The notes: generated by a model not told the origin, from the letters alone. Numbered from the stretch's first letter, positions 50,054-59,758 are shown. The stretch: 64,000 nucleotides of DNA from an uncultured delta proteobacterium (GCA_963706575.1 CAVPNL010000003.1:384001-448000); one strand, 5' to 3'. Made by a program: numbers and translations.

Positions 50054-50689
50054 ATGGCCGGTACAAATCGACGCTTACTTCCAGAAAGTTTACAAAACAT
50101 ATTTTTGAGACTGTTGGATCCGCTGGTTAGAGCGCTGGCCAAACGGAGGATACATCCCAATAGCCTCACCCTGGCCGGATTCGTTATTACATGCATGGCT
50201 GCGGTTGCGCTGTCCAAGGGCAGCCTGCGCACCGGCGGCCTGTTGATCTTGCTGGGCGGATTATGTGACAGCCTTGACGGCAATCTGGCCCGTTCCACCG
50301 GCAAAGCGACCCGGTTTGGCGCTCTGTTAGACTCCGTAATTGATCGCTATTCCGAATTTGTTATGTTTTTGGGCATTGCGGCCTATTTTATCATATTAAA
50401 AAACTATTTTATTTTAGTCGTGACGTTTATTGCGCTGTGCGGTTCAATAATGGTCAGCTATACGCGAGCACGGGCTGAAAGCCTTGGATTTGAATCAAAG
50501 GCGGGTATCACCCAGCGTGCCGAGCGGATTGTTTTTTTGGGATTCGGCGCTTTAATCCATCCGATGGCTTTTAAACTGTCTATCTGGCTCGTCGCCATTC
50601 TATCGAATATTACGGCATTGCAACGCCTTCGCCTGACCGCTAAGCATGAGGCAAGCCTTAGCGATCAAAAGCCGCCGATCGACTCATAA
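50054..50689 (+). CDS. CDP-alcohol phosphatidyltransferase, phosphatidylinositol-phosphate-synthase-like
   Basis: PN.LT..G, D.LDG.LAR..G..T.FGA.LDS..DR.SE, VSYTRARAE, RAER. Confidence 0.88.
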   Translation: MAGTNRRLLPESLQNIFLRLLDPLVRALAKRRIHPNSLTLAGFVITCMAAVALSKGSLRTGGLLILLGGLCDSLDGNLARSTGKATRFGALLDSVIDRYSEFVMFLGIAAYFIILKNYFILVVTFIALCGSIMVSYTRARAESLGFESKAGITQRAERIVFLGFGALIHPMAFKLSIWLVAILSNITALQRLRLTAKHEASLSDQKPPIDS

Positions 50690-50760
50690 ATCCTGCCGGT
50701 CGAGCCCAATGGCATTCAAATATTAAATCAAAATCTGGAGATTTTGCGAGCACGCCCACC

Positions 50761-50845
50761 CTTTTAAGGGTTGCACTGGAAATGTATAAGGCGTCCGGGG
50801 ACCCGCGCTTCTATCCGCCGTTAATGCTCGTGCGGATGGTGAAAA
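50761..50845 (+). pseudogene. possible remnant of a 3-hydroxyacyl-CoA dehydrogenase C-terminus
   Basis: LLRVALEMYKASGDPRFYPPLMLVRMVK resembles the GDPxxxPxxLLxxMV motif; cut off at the REP. Confidence 0.4.
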
Positions 50846-50854
50846 ACAAAGAAT

Positions 50855-50929
50855 CCTGCGGCGAGCTCAGCCGAGTCGAAGCCACTCCCACCTCTCAATG
50901 CCATAAGTGGGAGCGGCATCCTGCCACGA
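50855..50929. repeat. composite REP doublet (left of hypD)
   Basis: cctgcggcgagctcagccgagtcg-aagccactcccacc ... gtgggagcggcatcctgccacga; approximate reverse complement of 54756-54840. Confidence 0.8.
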
Positions 50930-50970
50930 AACGCAGCTCCGGGAAGAAAGATAGGCTTTCGAAACCAATT

Positions 50971-53331
50971 TTAGAAGGATGTGTGTTGGGTTCTGGATAT
51001 GATCTCCTCCTGATGATCCGTGTCCAGATCTACGAAATAATCACTGTATCCCGCCACCCGCACCAGAAGATCCCGATATTCATGCGGTTTCCGTTGCGCC
51101 CGTCGCAGGATTTCAGAATCGACAATGTTAAACTGAATATGATGCCCGTTGAGGTTAAAGTAGGTGCGGATCAGGTGGCACAATTTTTCGATGCCGTCTT
51201 CACCCTGCAGAACGCCGGGCAGAAATCTCTGATTTAACAGCGTACCGCCGGATTTAACCTGGTCCATCTTGGCCAAAGACTTGATCACCGCCGTAGGGCC
51301 ATTGCGGTCGGCGCCATGGGCCGGCGATGTCCCGTCTGAAATCGGCAGCCCGGCCAGACGGCCGTTGGCCGAGGCCCCCAGCATTTTCCCGAAATAAACA
51401 TGGCAGGTGGTGGACAGCATGTTGAGATGATAGGTCGTCCCCTTGGTATTGGGTTTACCGTCAATGGCGCCAAACAGGTCGGCATATACCCGCTGCATGA
51501 TTCCGTCGGCTTCGTCGTTGTCATTGCCGTAAAACGGTGTTTTATTTAATAACCGCAATCTCAGGGCCTTTTGACCTTCAAAATTTCCGCGCAGGGTCGT
51601 CAGCAGATCTTCCATGCCAACGGCTTTTTTATCAAATACATGGGTTTTGATCGCCGACAGGCTGTCCGTCACCGTTCCGATGCCACAACACTGAATATAA
51701 TTGGTGTTATAACGCGGCCCCCCGTCGTAATAATCTTTTCCTTTGGCGATACAGTCTGCAATAACCACGGAAAGAAAGGGTGCCGGGGCATATCTGGCAT
51801 ACATGCGCTCAATGTAATTGTTCACTTTTATTTTCAGATCCACGATATGATTCAGCTGGCGCACGAAGGCTTCATAAAGCATGCTAAAATCCTCAAATGC
51901 CGCCGGATCTCCGGTTTGCAGTCCAACGGCTTCACCGGAGAGCGGATCGCTGCCGTTGTTTAACGCCAGTTCCAGAATTTTGGGAAGATTTAAATAGCCG
52001 GTTAAAATATAGGCTTCTTTGCCGAAAGCACCGGTTTCAATACAGCCACTGCATCCACCTTCCCGGGCATCTTCCAGGGTCTTACCGGTTCGGACCTGTT
52101 CCATGACGACTTCGTCGGCATTAAAAACCGAGGGATAACCATAACCTTTGCGAATCACCCGGCAGGCCGACTTTAAAAACCGATTGGGTGTCTTATGGCT
52201 AATTTGAACATTGCTGCCGGGTTGCAGCAAATGCAGCTCATCGATCGCTTCCAGCATGATATAGGAGACATCATTGACGGCGTTTGATCCATCGCTTTTC
52301 AGGCCGCCGATATTGATGTTGGTGAAATCATTATAGGTGCCGCTTTCCAGCGCTGTAACGCCCACTTTGGGGGGGGCCGGCTGGTTATTAAACTTAATCC
52401 AGAAGCACTCGATCAGTTCTTTGGCGCCATCACGATCCAGGGTGCCGTCGGCCAGACCTTTTTCATAAAACGGCAACAGGTGCTGATCCAGATGGCCCGG
52501 GTTCATGGCATCCCAACCGTTCAGCTCGGTGATGGTCCCCAGATGAACAAACCAGTACATCTGGAGGGCTTCCCAGAAATCCTGCGGTGCATGGGCCGGC
52601 ACCCGCTGACAGACGGCGGCAATCCGCTCGAGTTCCTTTTTTCGGTTGGGATCGCTTTCTTTGGCGGCCAGCACCAGGGCCAGCTCGGCATGCCGTTGCC
52701 CAAAAATGATGGCGGCATCACAGGCGATATCCATGGCCGTCAATTCTTCGGCTTTATCGGCCGCCTCAGGATCATTTAGATAATCCAGGCGTTCCAGGCT
52801 ATCGGCGATCTCCGCTTTGAAGTCCAGCATGCCTTGGCGATAGATGATTCCGTCCAGGGTGGTGTGCCCCCGTGCGCGCTGCTCCATGAACTCGGTAAAT
52901 GCCCCGGCGGTATAGGCGCGCTTCCATTGATCCGGCACGCGACCAAAAACCCGTTCCCGCATGCTGCGGCCATTCCAGAAAGGAATCACCACTTCCCGGT
53001 AGATTTCCACGGCCTCGTCGGCAACCGCATAACGGGTCATTTCCCTGGAATCCAGGATCTTCAAATCCTCCAATGAATGGCAGGTCAATTCCGGAAAGGT
53101 CGATACGGCCTTCGGAAACGGACCGCGTTCGCCGACGATGAGTTCGTCATCGCCGATGTAGATCGTTTTTTTCTGGCACAGATTTTTGAAATTCAGCGCC
53201 CGCAACACCGGTACTGAATATTTTCCGTCATTGTCCCTGTAAAATTCTGTGACCAGCAGGGCGCGCTCGGCCGAAAGGCAGGGCCGGGCCTCAAAGCTTT
53301 TCTCGCGCAGCCGGGCAATTCTTTTGTTCAT
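50971..53331 (-). CDS. hypD: glycyl-radical trans-4-hydroxy-L-proline dehydratase
   Basis: FTEFMEQRAxGH, TELNxWDA, KFNNQPAPPKVG, ESxTYxDF, SGCIETG, LTGY, RVAGYS. Confidence 0.88.
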   Translation of the reverse strand: MNKRIARLREKSFEARPCLSAERALLVTEFYRDNDGKYSVPVLRALNFKNLCQKKTIYIGDDELIVGERGPFPKAVSTFPELTCHSLEDLKILDSREMTRYAVADEAVEIYREVVIPFWNGRSMRERVFGRVPDQWKRAYTAGAFTEFMEQRARGHTTLDGIIYRQGMLDFKAEIADSLERLDYLNDPEAADKAEELTAMDIACDAAIIFGQRHAELALVLAAKESDPNRKKELERIAAVCQRVPAHAPQDFWEALQMYWFVHLGTITELNGWDAMNPGHLDQHLLPFYEKGLADGTLDRDGAKELIECFWIKFNNQPAPPKVGVTALESGTYNDFTNINIGGLKSDGSNAVNDVSYIMLEAIDELHLLQPGSNVQISHKTPNRFLKSACRVIRKGYGYPSVFNADEVVMEQVRTGKTLEDAREGGCSGCIETGAFGKEAYILTGYLNLPKILELALNNGSDPLSGEAVGLQTGDPAAFEDFSMLYEAFVRQLNHIVDLKIKVNNYIERMYARYAPAPFLSVVIADCIAKGKDYYDGGPRYNTNYIQCCGIGTVTDSLSAIKTHVFDKKAVGMEDLLTTLRGNFEGQKALRLRLLNKTPFYGNDNDEADGIMQRVYADLFGAIDGKPNTKGTTYHLNMLSTTCHVYFGKMLGASANGRLAGLPISDGTSPAHGADRNGPTAVIKSLAKMDQVKSGGTLLNQRFLPGVLQGEDGIEKLCHLIRTYFNLNGHHIQFNIVDSEILRRAQRKPHEYRDLLVRVAGYSDYFVDLDTDHQEEIISRTQHTSF

Positions 53332-53337
53332 GGGGTC

Positions 53338-54246
53338 CTATCCTCCGATTTTTACCTGCAGACCGGATCTTTTAAGCCTTCCGGCAATGATTTTCAATTT
53401 CTCGTCGCTGGGGCGCGCAATGTCCGGCGAAACACATTTCATTCCGAGCCGGCCGTATTTGCCTCGAGCAGAATTGTGAAAAGGCAATATCGCGATCTGC
53501 TCAACCCCGGGAAGGGCAGAAACAAAGGCAGCGGTTCGATCGATATTTTCGGCATCACTGTTGATGCCTGGAATGATCGGGACGCGCACCTGTATTCTGG
53601 CATTATTTTGGGCCAGCAGCTTCAAATTATCTAGTATCCGTTCATTGGATACACCAGTAAAATCCCGATGTTTGGCAGCATCCATGACCTTCAAGTCATA
53701 CAAAAACAAATCCGTCTTTTGGGCCACTTCCAAAAGAAGCTCGCTATCCGCATAGCCGGTAGTGTCTACCGTTCGGTGAAGATCAAGCTCTGCGCAGGCG
53801 TCAAGGAGCGCTAATAAAAAATCAGGCTGCATCAGGGGTTCGCCACCGGATAAGGTAATGCCCCCGCCCGACTCATCATAGAAAGCAATATCTTTTTCAA
53901 TCTCACGCATCACGTCGCCGACCGTTACCTTGCGGCCAACAAATTCGACTGCCCCCGACGGGCAATGATCGGCACAGGTTTGGCACAGATCACATTTTGC
54001 AGGATCGGCAACAATGCCTTCTGCTGTTTGCGTCATGACATCATGGGGACAAATCTGAATACATTCACCGCAGCCGATGCAACGCTCCTGACGGTAGATT
54101 CTTTGAGATGCAACGGTTATGCCTTCTGGATTGTGACACCAGCGGCACGCCAGTGGACACCCCTTGAAAAACACCGTGCTTCGAATACCCGGCCCGTCGT
54201 GAATCGCATATTTTTTTATATCAAAAATGGTGCCTTCTGCCATCAT
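53338..54246 (-). CDS. glycyl-radical enzyme activating enzyme with ferredoxin insert
   Basis: HDGPGIR..VFFKGCPL.C.WCHNPE, two extra CxxCxxCxxxC motifs, SGGEP. Confidence 0.94.
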   Translation of the reverse strand: MMAEGTIFDIKKYAIHDGPGIRSTVFFKGCPLACRWCHNPEGITVASQRIYRQERCIGCGECIQICPHDVMTQTAEGIVADPAKCDLCQTCADHCPSGAVEFVGRKVTVGDVMREIEKDIAFYDESGGGITLSGGEPLMQPDFLLALLDACAELDLHRTVDTTGYADSELLLEVAQKTDLFLYDLKVMDAAKHRDFTGVSNERILDNLKLLAQNNARIQVRVPIIPGINSDAENIDRTAAFVSALPGVEQIAILPFHNSARGKYGRLGMKCVSPDIARPSDEKLKIIAGRLKRSGLQVKIGG

Positions 54247-54414
54247 CTCCTACCGGTTTTAAGCAAATCACTGAAGACATAAAATTATGCCCGGTGACCT
54301 GAAAAGTCAATAATAATGAAATCTTATTTTAAGCAGAAAATTATTGAAACGGGTTGAAAATTGATTTATTCGCTTTAACTAAGGTGCATAAAATTGGGAC
54401 AAGGAGGCAGCAAA

Positions 54415-54699
54415 ATGATCAAGGTTCATATCAAAAGAAAGGTGACGCCCGAAAAAATGGAGGGCCTGCGCGTGTTGATCAATGAATTACGGTCACTGAC
54501 CATGGGTCAAGCGGGATATATCGCCGGTGAAACCCTGCAACGCGTGGATCAGCCCGGAGAAAGCCTGGTGGTTGCCAAATGGCAATCCGCCGATTACTGG
54601 CAGCAATGGCAGCGAAGCAAAGCACGCTCGGAGATTCAGGACAAAATTGATCAACTGCTGGGAGAAAAAACGATTTACGAGATCTATGAATATGACTAG
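54415..54699 (+). CDS. antibiotic-biosynthesis-monooxygenase (ABM)-fold protein
   Basis: AGGAGG RBS; GYI.GETL..V..W.S...W..W..S..R. Confidence 0.75.
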   Translation: MIKVHIKRKVTPEKMEGLRVLINELRSLTMGQAGYIAGETLQRVDQPGESLVVAKWQSADYWQQWQRSKARSEIQDKIDQLLGEKTIYEIYEYD

Positions 54700-54755
54700 A
54701 CCGGTTTCTAAACCCCTGTCTCTTGCCGGGAGCTGTGTGGCTAAATAGTGAATTG

Positions 54756-54840
54756 ATCGCGGCACGATGCCGCTCCCACCTGCATGAAAAATGGGGGAGT
54801 GGCTTCGACTCGGCTGAGCTCGTCGCAGGCCAGCCACGAT
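54756..54840. repeat. composite REP doublet (right of the hypD block)
   Basis: atcgcggcacgatgccgctcccacc ... ggagtggctt[cgactcggctgagctcgtcgcagg]ccagccacgat. Confidence 0.8.
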
Positions 54841-54862
54841 CGGAACGCTCCGCTGTGGTTAT

Positions 54863-55913
54863 CTATACTACACGGATATAGGGCCTATCCGATGCGGTGA
54901 CCTCACCTACCCTGACTGCAGTTTCGACACCTCCTTTTTTCAGTTGTGCGATCAGTTCATCGGCCTGGGAGTCGGCAACAGCGATCAACAGACCGCCGGA
55001 GGTCTGGGGATCAAAGAGCAATTGCTGTTCCTCGGCAGATCGATGAGCGGTCATTTCCCAGGCGCCTTCAGCCAGTCTGCGGTTGGCCTTGTTGCTGCCC
55101 GTGGTTTCACCCTTTTGGTACATTTGTAAGGCATTTGGATAAAAGGGAAGCTTTTCGTAAATCAGGTCGATTTGGACATCACTGCCCCGGGCCAGCTCCA
55201 GTGTATGGCCCAGGATCCCGAACCCGGTTACATCGGTGCAGGCATGCACATCAAATTTCACGGCGGCTTCTATGGCCTTACGGTTAAGACGCGGCCACCC
55301 GGGGTAAGATGGCTTCCAGTTCCGGGTAAGGGAGTTTACCCGAGCGGTTGGCGTTAAACAGCACGCCGGTTCCCAGGGGCTTGGTCAGAATTAGGGCATC
55401 ACCGGCCCGCGAACCGCTATTGGTCAGGATACGATCTGGGTGCACGCTGCCGGTAACCGCCAGACCGTACTTGGGTTCATTGTCATCCACCGAGTGCCCG
55501 CCGGCCATCGAGGCATCCGCTTCCCGCACCTTGTCGCTGCCGCCCCGCAGAATGTCTTTTAAAAAAGCCATGTCCAGCTTCTTGGAGGGAAACATCACCA
55601 GGTTCAAAGCGGTCAACGGTTTGCCCCCCATGGCATAGACATCCGACAGGGAATTGGCCGCCGCAATCTGGCCGAACCAATAGGGATCATTCACCGGGGG
55701 GGTGATGTAATCCACCGTACTGATCAGCGCCATATCCGGCGCTACCCGATATACGGCGGCATCATCGCTGGTATCAAAGCCCACCAGCAGATTGGGGTCG
55801 TTTGAGGCTCCCAGCCCCTTGAGCACTTCCGACAGCTCCGTCGGACCGATTTTGGCCGCTCACCCGCAGGTGCGTGACAGACCCATCAGTGTTTTTTTCT
55901 TTCTGAAAAACAT
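54863..55913 (-). CDS. selD: selenide, water dikinase, Sec-containing (UGA codon 18), with one apparent frameshift near 55289
   Basis: [53 protein letters not shown]; then a one-base shift to [21 protein letters not shown]. Confidence 0.9.
55828..55845 (-). promoter_or_regulatory. bacterial SECIS hairpin of selD
   Basis: UCCGACG-GAGC-UGUCGGA stem-loop starting 14 nt after the in-frame UGA (55862-55860), with G at the loop start. Confidence 0.8.
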
Positions 55914-56193
55914 AAGTTTCCGTTTGAATTTAAAATAGTTATCTCAATTGCAATCATTGGATAATCTAAATGAATATTCTGAAAAACTCAAATATATAAT
56001 ATCGATGAACCAATTATGAAGTATAGAAAATATCTATCAGGCGCTATTGAAACAAATTAAGGCTGAATTACATCAAATGGGATTGTCAGGTGCCAGATCA
56101 CTAAATGTCATCGCGGCGTCAAAATGGAACTGCGTCTGCGGTGAAGCTGTAGCGGCGCGTTTAAATAAAGACGCAAGGGAAACTACTGCCTTT

Positions 56194-58095
56194 TTATTCT
56201 AATAATTCATCAACCCAATCCAGGTCCAATTCCAGCAATTTAGCGCGCGCGGGCCGGCCGGTTTCCGGATGGCAGCCGATCATCTCATAATAAAGACGGA
56301 TCGCCTCGTTAAAATCGTCCTCTTTAAATATTTGCTGGCCGGCATTGGCACCGTCAGGCTTGGGATCAAACAGTCTGTGCGGCAGGCGATCATCTTTAAT
56401 CGTAAACCCGTCGCGACTGTTAAAGGCCCGCGCAAGCATGGTGCCGCGCTCTCCGGCCCGCATCAATTCAAACAAACCGGTCTCCCAACCCGTAACGGCG
56501 TTAACGCATTTGACCATCGTCTCGATGGGCATCACCCCCCGGGGCGCATAACCAAATACGCAAAGACCTAGGGCATCCAGCGTGCGCCAGAAGTTTTCCA
56601 GCAATTTGTAATTTCTTACTTTCTGGGTGGTTATATGGGTGGCATGCATGGGTTCATAGATTCCCAACGGCTTTACCGAATTTAAGGCAAATGAATTTTC
56701 GTTGACGAAAACCGTATCATGCGCGGCGGTCATATGGTCCGCGCCGTAAGGACTGACCGCAAAACCGATTCCGACGCCGACCTTCACCCGGGGATCATGC
56801 ATGGACACCTCTTGCCCTTTGACCGCCAGATGGCAGGGCTTATCGGCAACGCCCCATTGCCGGGCCAGCCGCGACGAGCCTTCCGCCAGACGATCGCCAA
56901 ATCCTTCCCGGCGCGCGATCATCTCCAACAGACGGATCATCAAATCGGCATCCCCGAAGCGCAGCTCAAGGCCATCGGTATCCGCAGTGGTGATAATTCC
57001 CTCTTCGAAGCATTCGCAGGCAAAGGCAATGGTCATGCCGGCGGAGATGGTGTCGATGCAATAGCGATTACAGATTTCATTGCCCTTGGCAATGGCCTTT
57101 AAATCCGTAATATTTAAATTGGTGCCCAGGGCCGAGATGGTCTCGTACTCCGGCCCGCCGTAACGCGAATCCACACCATATTTGGCATCATCAAGGGCAA
57201 TGCCGCGTTTACAGCGGATGGGGCAGGCATAGCAGCCTTTTCTTTTTTGCAGCAGGATTTCATTATAGGTGTCCCCGCTCACGGGGACGGGATCATCCAG
57301 GCTGCTGCGCCGAAAATTATTGACCGGCAGGGCTCCGGCGGCAGACAGGATTTCAGGAAACGCGGTGGTGCCATAGACAAACAGCTGTTCGCCGATCGGG
57401 TTCTCCTTAAAGGTGCGGGCATAGTTCTGGGCGGTGTCGCGCAAAAATTCCGGCTTTTCAAATGTTAATTTTTCCGTGCCCAAAGCGGCCACAGCCCGCA
57501 GATTTTTGGCGCCCATCAGAGCACCGAACCCGTTGCGGCCGTTGAAATGCCCCAGGTTGTTGGTGATATTGGCAAAGCGCACCCGGTTCATCCCCGCCAG
57601 ACCGGTCTGGGCTACCCGGATTTTTTTGCTGCCCATTTCCCCGCGAATGGCATCTTCAACTTCACGTGCGCCCGCATCGGATAAATGTGCGGCATCTTTG
57701 ATCTCGGCTTTAGCGCCGGTCACCCACAGATACACCGGCTTTTCCGACCGGCCTTGAAAGACAACGGCATCGAATCCGGCCATCTTCAGCTCGGGGCCGA
57801 AAAAACCGGCGGCCTCTGATTCGCCGGCGGTTCCGGTAAGCGGCGATTTTCCGACGGCCGCAAAGCGGCAGGATGCCGGCAGCGGGGCACCGGTCATCAC
57901 ACCGGAGGCCAGCACCAGGATGTTCTCCGGTGCAAAGGGATCGGTGCCGGCGGGCACTTTCTGCATGAGATAGTGATAGCCGATTCCGCGCCCGCCCAGA
58001 TAGGATCGGTAAAACGCTTCGCCCGGTTCTTCAATCTCGACATTTTGATTGCTCAGATCCACATGCAAAATCTTTCCCGTATAACCGTTTGCCAT
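56194..58095 (-). CDS. aor: aldehyde:ferredoxin oxidoreductase (W-pterin AOR family)
   Basis: GYTGKIL.VDL, KSPLTG, GR.G.GA.MGAKNL, C..CPI.C, GPEYET, DTIS.G, DPR. Confidence 0.92.
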   Translation of the reverse strand: MANGYTGKILHVDLSNQNVEIEEPGEAFYRSYLGGRGIGYHYLMQKVPAGTDPFAPENILVLASGVMTGAPLPASCRFAAVGKSPLTGTAGESEAAGFFGPELKMAGFDAVVFQGRSEKPVYLWVTGAKAEIKDAAHLSDAGAREVEDAIRGEMGSKKIRVAQTGLAGMNRVRFANITNNLGHFNGRNGFGALMGAKNLRAVAALGTEKLTFEKPEFLRDTAQNYARTFKENPIGEQLFVYGTTAFPEILSAAGALPVNNFRRSSLDDPVPVSGDTYNEILLQKRKGCYACPIRCKRGIALDDAKYGVDSRYGGPEYETISALGTNLNITDLKAIAKGNEICNRYCIDTISAGMTIAFACECFEEGIITTADTDGLELRFGDADLMIRLLEMIARREGFGDRLAEGSSRLARQWGVADKPCHLAVKGQEVSMHDPRVKVGVGIGFAVSPYGADHMTAAHDTVFVNENSFALNSVKPLGIYEPMHATHITTQKVRNYKLLENFWRTLDALGLCVFGYAPRGVMPIETMVKCVNAVTGWETGLFELMRAGERGTMLARAFNSRDGFTIKDDRLPHRLFDPKPDGANAGQQIFKEDDFNEAIRLYYEMIGCHPETGRPARAKLLELDLDWVDELLE

Positions 58096-58148
58096 GACCA
58101 TTCCCCTTTCCCGCCGGTGGTTTAAATCCTGATTGATAATACTGCAGC

Positions 58149-58177
58149 ACTATAAAATACTGTTGTGAATCTGTCAA
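58149..58177 (-). promoter_or_regulatory. sigma-70 promoter of aor
   Basis: TTGACA-N17-TATAGT on the minus strand. Confidence 0.7.
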
Positions 58178-58412
58178 AGCCTGTTCAGGATTTGAGCCGC
58201 TGACCATTAGCGGTTAGCCGCTAACCAACAACACAAGCCCGGACTTGAAAGAACCTCTCGACGACTTATGTTTATTCAGACATTGACGAATTTGGGTATT
58301 CTGGTATAGCGGTTTAAAGATTCAGGCGCTGGATTTATTATCAATTCGACATTTCGCTTGCAAAGTGACACAACATAGCAAATCAACTCAAACGCTAAAA
58401 ATGGGAGTATTC

Positions 58413-58634
58413 ATGGGAAAAGCAGAAGTCGTCATATTTAAGCCTTATCCGTTTGCTGTCGGTCAAAAAATTTTTATCGATGGCGGACCCCGTAAAGGAG
58501 ATTGGGAAGTTATCGGAGTCAGTGACCGCAAGGTCAAACTGCGCTGCCCGATCTCCGCAAGGGAGTTTGAATGGAATCGCTTTTGTTATTTTGCGAAAGC
58601 GCATAAGGATGAACCGTGGCCGCACGCGGATTGA
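58413..58634 (+). CDS. small hypothetical protein
   Basis: GGGAG RBS; FKPYPF.VGQKI.I..GPRKGDWEV..KLRCP..EFEW.RFCY. Confidence 0.7.
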   Translation: MGKAEVVIFKPYPFAVGQKIFIDGGPRKGDWEVIGVSDRKVKLRCPISAREFEWNRFCYFAKAHKDEPWPHAD

Positions 58635-58637
58635 TAG

Positions 58638-58692
58638 TGGGTATTGGACATTAGGTATTGGATATGGGGTATGGGTTAATGCATATGGGATA
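58638..58692. repeat. degenerate heptamer repeats (GGTATTG-like)
   Basis: gggtattggacattaggtattggatatggggtatggg. Confidence 0.5.
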
Positions 58693-58720
58693 CGCTAAGC
58701 ACGCATTGGGGAAAAGATGA

Positions 58721-58909
58721 ATGAAATCAGATCTAAAAAAATTAGAGGACAAATTAAAAGAGCTGGATGAAAAAATTGTGGAAATCAACAAACGCATGCC
58801 GGCGCATTCCGTCAAACCGCCAATAATGACGGAGCTGTTTGGGCTCGAAGATGAACGCGATGAAATTCTCAAACAGCTTAAGGTATTACAGCAAAGAAAA
58901 GACAGGTGA
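58721..58909 (+). CDS. small coiled-coil hypothetical protein
   Basis: Helix-PAHSVKP-helix, 62 aa. Confidence 0.7.
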   Translation: MKSDLKKLEDKLKELDEKIVEINKRMPAHSVKPPIMTELFGLEDERDEILKQLKVLQQRKDR

Positions 58910-59027
58910 TTAATCGAGCGTTTGGGGAGCTCTCCCCGTCATGCCCGCCAGCGCGGGAATGACAAGCTTGCAATGAAAAAACTCATAGACCCCTGAATTA
59001 ATTTGATCCATCGGAAAATCTGAGGGA

Positions 59028-59219
59028 ATGATATTGGCACACTGCGTGAATCATCCGGATAGAGAAACGAGCTATGAATGCAGCAAACACCAGATCGCTA
59101 TGTGCGAGGATTGCTTAGAATGCCGCGATCCGGATATCTACTGCAAGTTCCGGGAGTCCTGTGCAATCTGGTTTCTCACAAAAAAGAACTTTGATGATGA
59201 AACAGCAGAAGGTAATTGA
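59028..59219 (+). CDS. small Cys/His-rich putative Zn-finger protein
   Basis: CVNH..CSKH...CEDC..C.....CKFR.SC.IW. Confidence 0.75.
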   Translation: MILAHCVNHPDRETSYECSKHQIAMCEDCLECRDPDIYCKFRESCAIWFLTKKNFDDETAEGN

Positions 59220-59242
59220 ATAATTCTTAGCCGGAGGCGATC

Positions 59243-59758
59243 GTGGACAAATTTAACTATCGGCCCATCGGAATCATCCACTCACCCTTTAAGAGCCGTG
59301 AAGGAACGCCCATCCAGCCAATCGGAGCAATCGGCGTAAAGGCAGGAGTTGAAATTTTTCCAGAATATGTGGAAGGACTGCAGGACCTGGAGGGATTTTC
59401 ACATATTATTCTGCTGTATCATTGTCATCTCTCAAAAGCCTATAGGCTGAAGGTAAAACCTTTTTTAGATGATGTGGAACGTGGGCTGTTTGCAACGCGG
59501 GCCCCTGCCCGGCCCAATCCGATCGGCATGTCGCTGGTGCGGCTCATGCGAATCGAGAATGCCACCCTTTTTGTTCAGGATATCGATATCATCGATCAGA
59601 CCCCGCTGCTGGATATTAAACCGTTTGTGCCGGATTTTGATGTGCGAAAAGCCGCAAAGACCGGCTGGCTTGAAAAGAAGGCCTCAAATGCTAAAAAAAT
59701 TTGCGACGACGGCAGATTTGGGGATTGCGCTATGCCGCATAAGGATAGAGGGCAGTAA
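59243..59758 (+). CDS. tsaA: tRNA (t6A37-N6)-methyltransferase TrmO/TsaA
   Basis: PIG.I.SP, L.GFSHI, G.FATR.P.RPNPIG, TP.LDIKP. Confidence 0.9.
   Translation: MDKFNYRPIGIIHSPFKSREGTPIQPIGAIGVKAGVEIFPEYVEGLQDLEGFSHIILLYHCHLSKAYRLKVKPFLDDVERGLFATRAPARPNPIGMSLVRLMRIENATLFVQDIDIIDQTPLLDIKPFVPDFDVRKAAKTGWLEKKASNAKKICDDGRFGDCAMPHKDRGQ

Noticed and set aside
50782..51237. 151-aa plus-strand ORF
   Set aside because: It runs through a REP and antisense into hypD; only the first ~21 codons look like a gene remnant.
56005..56202. MNQL-UGA-SIENIYQ... frame next to selD as a possible selenoprotein
   Set aside because: No RBS, only a weak AT-rich hairpin after the UGA, and no redox motif.
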